From: Candidatus Eiseniibacteriota bacterium
GTDB lineage: Bacteria > Eisenbacteria > RBG-16-71-46
Length of the DNA: 64,000 nucleotides
Direction of reading: 5' to 3'
NCBI GenBank assembly: GCA_963717505.1
Contig: OY970342.1
Span: 160,001 to 224,000 of the forward strand
The notes under the pieces were generated by a model that was not told the origin of the DNA, made no database searches, and worked only from the letters and a program-made list of their open reading frames with translations. A program made the position numbers and the translations under genes. Position 1 is the stretch's first letter; the number at the start of each line of letters is the position of its first letter. Shown piece by piece: positions 57,745-64,000 of this stretch.

Positions 57745-60700
57745 ATGAGCCTCGGCGCTCGTGCTTGCCTGATTGGGCTGATCGTTCAGGCATTCGCCAT
57801 CTCGTCCACTCCCCGGGCGCAGACTCCGCCACCGGTCACCCCGCGATTCTCCCCGGTTCTTCTGGTGCCTCGGCCGGCGCGCAGCACCGGAGCGGAATGG
57901 GATTCGCTCGAGCGCTTCGAGCGCACCGGACGTTGGGCCGCCTCGGAGAGTTTGGCCACCACATTGATCCACGCGTCGGAGGCTGCCGGAGCACGAAAGG
58001 ATTCCCTCGACTACTCGCGCGCGCTCTTCTACTTCGGCAACTCAAGGCTCATGCGCCGGCTTTACGCCGACGGCCGCGGATTCGAGTCCCTCGAGCGGGG
58101 CATCGGCATTCGCGAGCGCCGGGCCGGAGCCAACGACACGCTGTGCACCTGGGCTCACGTGAAGGCGGCGACGCTCTATCCGGAGGCAGGAGACCCTGAT
58201 CTCGGTCTCGCGCACGGAGAAGTCGGCTTGCGAAGGCTGCTGGCTCGAACCCCAACCGACACCTCCATGCTGGCGCAGGCGCACCTCGCGGTGGCGGCTG
58301 CCCTGATCGCACTCGGTCGCGACGCCGAAGCCGGCCCGCATTTCGAAGATGCCCTCCACTTTCGCGAGCGTGCCGATGCGGGCGAGGGGCGGCTCATGGT
58401 GCCGATGCTCGCCGAGTACGGAGGCTACTTGTCGCGAGCCGGAGAGCTCGATCGTGCGCGAGCCATGCTGCAGCGCGCCGTGCGCATCGCCGAGCACGAT
58501 CCCAACCCCGGATCCGATTTCTACGCCCAGTCCTTGGGCCGGCTGTCCTCGTTCGAAAATCGGGTCGGCAACGTCGCCGAGTCGATCGAGCTCGCGTGGC
58601 GTGCCTACGACGCCTCGCGTCGCCTGGGGGAAATCACGGTGCCCGCGCTGCGGGCGCGCACGGTGCTCGCCTATCGATTGCAGGATTTCGGCGACCCGCA
58701 AGGCTCGGTTGCACTGCTGCGCGAGATTATTCCGGGCCTCGAGACTACGGTCGGGGCGAACAACGCCCAGACGCTCAATGCCCGACTTGCGCTGGTCTGG
58801 GCCCTCATCGAGATCGGCGACACGGCGACGGCCGAGCGTGAGCTCGCGGCGGCGCGGCCGGCGTTGGCCACTCAGAATCCCAGGACCAGCAACAATCCGG
58901 TGTATGCGATGCAGCTCTCGGGCGACCTCGCGGGCCTGCGCGGCTTCCACATTGCCGCCCGCGAGACGCTGGCAGGCGCGGTGGCTCTCGAGCGAGTCCG
59001 GCACGACCCCTTCGGAGCCCGCGAGGCCGTCCTGCTGGCCCACCTGATGGACAACCTGCTCGAGCCCGCGGATCGCGACCGCGTCCTCGAGGTCGGGCGG
59101 CAGATCGACCGCCTACGCGACAGCACGCACGTTCGCGCCACCCCCGAGTGGCACACGCTACTCCTGGCTCGCGGGTCGGCGGAAGGGCGAGTGGGCCTGC
59201 AAACGGCGGCATGGGAACACGCGCTCGAGGCGGAGCGACTGTCCCGGGAACTCCTCACCTATCAGTTGGAGGCGTTGCCGGACGTGCGCGGGCTCCAGCT
59301 GGCGCGCGCGCTCGGCGGGCCGTGCGAGCTGCTGGCCGCGCTCGTCAATCCTGACTCGGCGGGCCGCGTGGCGACCGCCTGGGACCGCATCGTGCGCTGG
59401 CGCGGCGTCGTCGGCCACGAGATCGCCCGTCGCCGGGCTCCGGTCGCCGCCGCGAGCGACAGTGCCCTGGCTGCCGCCCATGCGCGATGGGTGTCCGCGC
59501 AGCGCCAGCTCGCCCAGCTCGTGGTCAGCGGGGCCGCGCACCCGGACGACCCGGAGAGCGCCGAACGCTTCTCTGCGGCGTTCCAGCGCGCCGAAGATGC
59601 CGAGCGTGCGTTCCTTCGCTCGGCGCGTGGCTCGGTCCCGGCGGATTCGGTGGCGGGGCTCGATCTTGTCCTCGACCAGCTCGATCCGCACCAGGCTCTG
59701 ATCGCGTTCACGGTGGCCGACCGCGGGGCGGGTCCCCCCAACCTCGGGGCGTTCATCGCCGACGGTGGCGAGCGACAGCCGCGCTGGATCACGCTCGGTC
59801 CGCTCCCGGAGATCGAGCACGACATTCGATCGTGGGTTCGGCTGCTGGCAGCGCCCCCCACGGCCGACCGCGATGGCGAACGCGCGTGTCGAGAGCTGGG
59901 ACAGAAGGTGCGCTCGCGGGTGTGGGATCCCGTCCGGCGCGCGGCGGGGAACGCCCGCGAGCTGATCCTGGTGGCGGAAGGCGTGGTGACCGAGCTTCCG
60001 TGGCTCGCACTCCCTGAGCCCCATGGGAAGTACCTTGCCGACACACCGCTGATCGTGCGTCTCGTGGATGCAGAACGCGACCTGCTGCCGGATCGATCGT
60101 CGACCGCCGAGGGTCGTGGTCTGCTCGCGGTCGGTGGCCCGAATTTCGGAACGCCGGAAGCCGCGGGCTCGGTGGCGCTGGCATCCGCAGGATCTGAACA
60201 CCGGATTCCGCCACGTTCACCGTGCGTGCCCCGGGCCTTGTCCCTGTCCGAGCTGCCGTCGGCACGGCGCGAGGCTGAGGGCATCGCTCGCTCGTGGCCG
60301 ACTCCCGATGGACCGTCGGATCTGCTGGTGGGCGCCGAGGCCAGCGAGTTCGCACTCAAGACCCACTCTCCGGGCAAGGCCGTGATCCACGTGGCGACGC
60401 ACGGCGTCATGCTCGACGATACCTGCCGCGCCGCCGGGCTTCCGGGCACGCGGGGACTGGGTGGCGTCGAGCCGCTCGACTCTCCCACCGCGAAGCCCGC
60501 ATCCCCCAAGCTCAAGAACGTGGCGCCGCCGACACGACCCGCGCTCCCCGACCCTTGGCTGGCCCGACGCGTCTGGCTCGCGCTCGCCGGCGCCAATCGC
60601 CCCGTACCCGACAGAGCCGACGAGAACGAGGGCCTGTTGACCGCCGAAGAAGTGGTCACGCTCGATCTGCGGGGCACGCAATGGGTCGTGCTCTCCGCCT

Positions 60701-60981
60701 GCTACTCGGGCGCCGCGCAGAGCTGGGCGCGCGAAGGGGTCCTGGGCATGAACCGGGCGTTTCATCTCGCAGGCGCCCGCGCGGTCATCGCCAGCCGATG
60801 GGCGGTCGGCGACGAGTCGGCAACCGAGTGGATGACCGCGCTCTATGAATCCCGCGCGCGGCACACGAGCGCCGGTGCGGCAGTGGGCGAAGCCTGCCGC
60901 ACTGTGCTCGCCAGGCGCCGCGCGCAGGGCCGCACCACGCATCCCTTCTATTGGGCGGCGTTCAGCGCCACCGGCGACTAG
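57745..60981 (+). CDS. Exported TPR-CHAT (caspase-like clan CD) protease
   Basis: Signal-like N-terminus; helical TPR-like region; IHVATHG and VVLSACYS dyad, GLLTAEEV, AGARAVIAS.W.VGD, HPFYWAAF. Confidence 0.9.
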   Translation: MSLGARACLIGLIVQAFAISSTPRAQTPPPVTPRFSPVLLVPRPARSTGAEWDSLERFERTGRWAASESLATTLIHASEAAGARKDSLDYSRALFYFGNSRLMRRLYADGRGFESLERGIGIRERRAGANDTLCTWAHVKAATLYPEAGDPDLGLAHGEVGLRRLLARTPTDTSMLAQAHLAVAAALIALGRDAEAGPHFEDALHFRERADAGEGRLMVPMLAEYGGYLSRAGELDRARAMLQRAVRIAEHDPNPGSDFYAQSLGRLSSFENRVGNVAESIELAWRAYDASRRLGEITVPALRARTVLAYRLQDFGDPQGSVALLREIIPGLETTVGANNAQTLNARLALVWALIEIGDTATAERELAAARPALATQNPRTSNNPVYAMQLSGDLAGLRGFHIAARETLAGAVALERVRHDPFGAREAVLLAHLMDNLLEPADRDRVLEVGRQIDRLRDSTHVRATPEWHTLLLARGSAEGRVGLQTAAWEHALEAERLSRELLTYQLEALPDVRGLQLARALGGPCELLAALVNPDSAGRVATAWDRIVRWRGVVGHEIARRRAPVAAASDSALAAAHARWVSAQRQLAQLVVSGAAHPDDPESAERFSAAFQRAEDAERAFLRSARGSVPADSVAGLDLVLDQLDPHQALIAFTVADRGAGPPNLGAFIADGGERQPRWITLGPLPEIEHDIRSWVRLLAAPPTADRDGERACRELGQKVRSRVWDPVRRAAGNARELILVAEGVVTELPWLALPEPHGKYLADTPLIVRLVDAERDLLPDRSSTAEGRGLLAVGGPNFGTPEAAGSVALASAGSEHRIPPRSPCVPRALSLSELPSARREAEGIARSWPTPDGPSDLLVGAEASEFALKTHSPGKAVIHVATHGVMLDDTCRAAGLPGTRGLGGVEPLDSPTAKPASPKLKNVAPPTRPALPDPWLARRVWLALAGANRPVPDRADENEGLLTAEEVVTLDLRGTQWVVLSACYSGAAQSWAREGVLGMNRAFHLAGARAVIASRWAVGDESATEWMTALYESRARHTSAGAAVGEACRTVLARRRAQGRTTHPFYWAAFSATGD

Positions 60982-60982
60982 G

Positions 60983-63499
60983 TCATCGCACCTTCACGAT
61001 TCGCGCGCTGGCGTCCGAGTTCGCAGTGCGGACCCGCGCAAAGTACACGCCTGGGGACGCCTCCCGACCGTTCTCCTCACGGCCGTTCCACGACAGAACG
61101 TGTTCCCCCGCGGTAAGACCTCGGCGGCAAAGGACCCGAACCCGCCGACCCGACAGGTCGCACAGTTCCACGGTCGCCTCATCCGCGACCGGCATGGAGA
61201 TCACGAGCTGGGTGGCGTCGTGCATCGGATTCGGGCGCGCGGAGAGTTGGATCATCGACGACGACAGCCCCGGTGATTCGTCGACACCGACCAGGGGCGC
61301 CTCGAAGCCGGCGATTCTGCCCTGGCGACGTTGCGACATGAAGTCGAACTCACCGCCAACATAGATGGCGCTGCCGACCCGCGCGATGACCCACACCGCG
61401 TCACTGGCGTCGGGATTCCAGTCCTCGAGAGTGCCGTCGGCCGCCTGAATGGTCGCCATCCGATGGCGCGTCTGACTCGCGATCGTTGAGAAGCCGCCAC
61501 CCACGAGAACGCTACCCCCGTCGACCTCCAGCGCCTGGATCCAGCCGTCCACCTCCCCGGCATTCCAGGCAGGTTTCGCCAGTCCGTTCGCGACTTCGAG
61601 GGCAGCGACCCGGTCGCGATTGAGCCCGCCGATGTTCGAGAAGTAGCCACCGACATACATCGTCCCACCATCGATCTCGAGGGCGCGCACAAAGTTGTTG
61701 GCGTTCGGGCTCCATCCGGTGAGGGCGTCGCCGGCGGAGGCGTCGAGCGCCGCAATGTAGTTGCGATTGCGGCTGCCGATGTTGGTGAAGTCGCCACCGG
61801 CGTAGACGATGCCGCCGCTGGCCGCCAGTGCATGAATCGGTGCATTGGCACTGGGATCCCAGGGCCTGACGTCGCCGGTCGTGGCGTCGATCGCCGCCGC
61901 ATTGGAGCGCGGGAAACCGTTGACCTGGGTGAACTGTCCGCCCGCGTAGACGGTGCCGCCGCTGATCGCGAGTGCGTAGGCTGGGCCATCGGCCATCGGG
62001 GCCCAGTCCGTGGGCACTCCCGTGTTCGCATCGATGGCGGCCAGGTATCCACGAGGCTGACCGCCGACGGACGCGAACCATCCGCCCGCGTACACGGTGG
62101 AGCCTTCGAGGGCGAGCGACGTCACCCAGCCCCCAAAGATTCCGATCCCGCGCACGTCCGGGTTCCAGGGTTTGGGCGCACGGGTGGCGAGGTCGATGGC
62201 CAGCAGCGCGTTCCGTTTCAGACCGCCAACATGCATGAAGATCCCGCCCGCGAAGACCGTGGATCCGCTCAAAGCGCACGCGTGCACGGTTTCGAACGGC
62301 GCCGGATCCCAGGCTCGGGGCGCTCCGGTCGCCAGGTCGACAGCTCCGAGATGGCGTCGCACTTCCCCACCGATCGAGGTGAAGTATCCACCGAGATAGA
62401 GCGTGCTTCCATCTCGGGTCATGGCGTTGACCCGTGCGGCCGCGCTCAGATCAGGGTTCCAAGCCAGGAGGCCCCCCGAGCCATTGATCGCCGCAAGCCC
62501 GTTGCGCTGGATTGAGTTGAGGAACGAAAACGCCCCGCCGGCAATGAGCGTCGGTCCGTTGACGATCAACGAATACACCGGGCCGTCGGCGACCGGCCAC
62601 CACGTCGTGGGTGTGTTGGTGGCGCCGCTCGTCAAGTTGAACGAGGCAAGATGCCCCCGAGGCTGTCCGCCGATGTTGTCAAAACTACCGCCCACGTAGA
62701 GCGTGGTGGAGGCCGAGGGAAACACCACGACTCTCACGGCCAGGGAGCTCACGTACTGATCCGGGTTCGGCTGCCATCCGGTCGGATCACCGGTGGCGGT
62801 GTCGATGGATCCAAGGTGAAGGCGGCTCTGGCCGCGAAGGGTCGTGAAATATCCGCCGACGTAGATCGTGCTGCCCAGCGGCAGAATGGCACGCACCGTC
62901 TGGTCGGCATTGGGATCCCATCCGGTCGCGAGCCCCAGCGTGGTGTCGAGCGCCGCGATTCGGTTTCGGTCCTCACCGCCGACGTGGGTGAATTCCCCAC
63001 CGACGTAGAGAACGCCCCCGCTCAAGGCCAGCGCGTGGACGGGCGCATTCGCGGCCGGATTCCAGGACGTGAGATTGCCGAGGGCATCGATGCGCGCCAG
63101 CCCATTGCGCACCTGGCCCGCCACCGAAGTGAAAGAACCCCCGACGTACCAACCGCCAGCGCCGTCCGCGGTGACGGCGCTCACGATGCCACCGAAGTAC
63201 TCACCGCTCGGCATGGCGCCTTCGATCATCGGATAGGGCATCAGCGGCTGCCCAGTGGTGACATCGATGCCACACCCGGCTCCCGTGTTCGGTGCGATGT
63301 GCGAGAACACGCCGCCGACGTAGAGCGTGCCCCCGGTCTCGACCATAGCCCTCACGGTCCCGTCCACGGACCACAGGTCGGTGATCGGGGTCTGCGAGGC
63401 AGCCACGGATGGAATACAGAGAAACATGAACAACGAGAGTGCGGTCCGAATTCCTCGATCCCGCGCGTCCGGAAGCCCGGCAAGCCGACAAGAGCGCAT
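60983..63499 (-). CDS. Large secreted beta-propeller repeat protein with C-terminal FlgD-Ig domain
   Basis: About 13 repeats of 'W(N/D)PxAxxxVxALAxxGxxxYxGGxFTxxGGxxRxxLAAxD'; PNP..DLSGRRVR..WNGR..PGVYFARV. Confidence 0.85.
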   Translation of the reverse strand: MRSCRLAGLPDARDRGIRTALSLFMFLCIPSVAASQTPITDLWSVDGTVRAMVETGGTLYVGGVFSHIAPNTGAGCGIDVTTGQPLMPYPMIEGAMPSGEYFGGIVSAVTADGAGGWYVGGSFTSVAGQVRNGLARIDALGNLTSWNPAANAPVHALALSGGVLYVGGEFTHVGGEDRNRIAALDTTLGLATGWDPNADQTVRAILPLGSTIYVGGYFTTLRGQSRLHLGSIDTATGDPTGWQPNPDQYVSSLAVRVVVFPSASTTLYVGGSFDNIGGQPRGHLASFNLTSGATNTPTTWWPVADGPVYSLIVNGPTLIAGGAFSFLNSIQRNGLAAINGSGGLLAWNPDLSAAARVNAMTRDGSTLYLGGYFTSIGGEVRRHLGAVDLATGAPRAWDPAPFETVHACALSGSTVFAGGIFMHVGGLKRNALLAIDLATRAPKPWNPDVRGIGIFGGWVTSLALEGSTVYAGGWFASVGGQPRGYLAAIDANTGVPTDWAPMADGPAYALAISGGTVYAGGQFTQVNGFPRSNAAAIDATTGDVRPWDPSANAPIHALAASGGIVYAGGDFTNIGSRNRNYIAALDASAGDALTGWSPNANNFVRALEIDGGTMYVGGYFSNIGGLNRDRVAALEVANGLAKPAWNAGEVDGWIQALEVDGGSVLVGGGFSTIASQTRHRMATIQAADGTLEDWNPDASDAVWVIARVGSAIYVGGEFDFMSQRRQGRIAGFEAPLVGVDESPGLSSSMIQLSARPNPMHDATQLVISMPVADEATVELCDLSGRRVRVLCRRGLTAGEHVLSWNGREENGREASPGVYFARVRTANSDASARIVKVR

Positions 63500-63601
63500 G
63501 AGGTTCCCCCTCTGGGAAAACGCCCACCCGGATGGCGGGGCAGTTCTCCGCGCATCGGGCTCAATGCTTCCTACGTTTCGGGGGACCCGTCCGAACACAC
63601 T

Positions 63602-64000
63602 TCACTGGCCTGCCGCGGTCTCGACCTCGAGTGCGTGCTCGTCATCGACCCGCACGCGCTCGAGCGGGCCGATCAGCCGCGCCCGCACGCGCCACAACAG
63701 GAACGCGGCGACACCCGCCAGACCGGCGACGAAGCCCCACCACAGGCCGACCACGCCACCGCCCTCTCGAAAACCGAGCCACAGGCTGACCGGCATGCCC
63801 ATCAGCCAGAAGCCGAGGATGTTGACCACCATCGGAGCCCGCGTGTCGCCGATGCCGCGCAGGATCCCGGTCGCCACCACCTGCAGGCCGTCGAACACCT
63901 GGAACACGCCGGCGATCGGGATCAACGCCGCGGCCACCGCCACCACCCCCGGCACCGAGGTGTAGAGCCGCGCGAGCAGCTCGGGGATTGCCAGCATCAT
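63602..64000 (-). CDS. MATE family efflux transporter (C-terminal part; 5' end outside window)
   Basis: FQVFDGLQVVATGILRGIGDTRAPM..GLWWG. Confidence 0.9.
   Translation of the reverse strand: MMLAIPELLARLYTSVPGVVAVAAALIPIAGVFQVFDGLQVVATGILRGIGDTRAPMVVNILGFWLMGMPVSLWLGFREGGGVVGLWWGFVAGLAGVAAFLLWRVRARLIGPLERVRVDDEHALEVETAAGQ

Overview
GC-rich bacterial chromosomal window with about 45 genes. Its content suggests Candidatus Eisenbacteria or a related FCB-associated lineage (inference): eight secreted proteins ending in a FlgD-Ig/T9SS-like domain, three ending in a short '(S/T)WGQ(L/I)(K/R)xxY(R/H)' tail, Hanks kinase-TPR proteins and an ECF43-type sigma factor. Housekeeping genes (lat, Lrp, thrH, fabI, family-5 UDG, MATE, APC permease) are mixed with many secreted accessory proteins. 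Non-coding features: a cobalamin riboswitch ahead of a btuB-like receptor and a beta-propeller gene; a complete IS110/IS1111-type element (21661-23232) with sub-terminal inverted repeats and a probable bridge/seek RNA; a 3' tRNA fragment; two TetR operators; hairpin terminators. The best candidate for an undescribed system is 55057-60981: a 67-aa ORF made of two tandem 'signal peptide + KLASNHNRTLL' cassettes differing only by synonymous changes, followed by a CBM9/DUF5916 outer-membrane protein and an exported TPR-CHAT protease. Six genes, including fabI, carry small indels that look like sequencing error. All calls come from reading motifs by eye; no searches were run.
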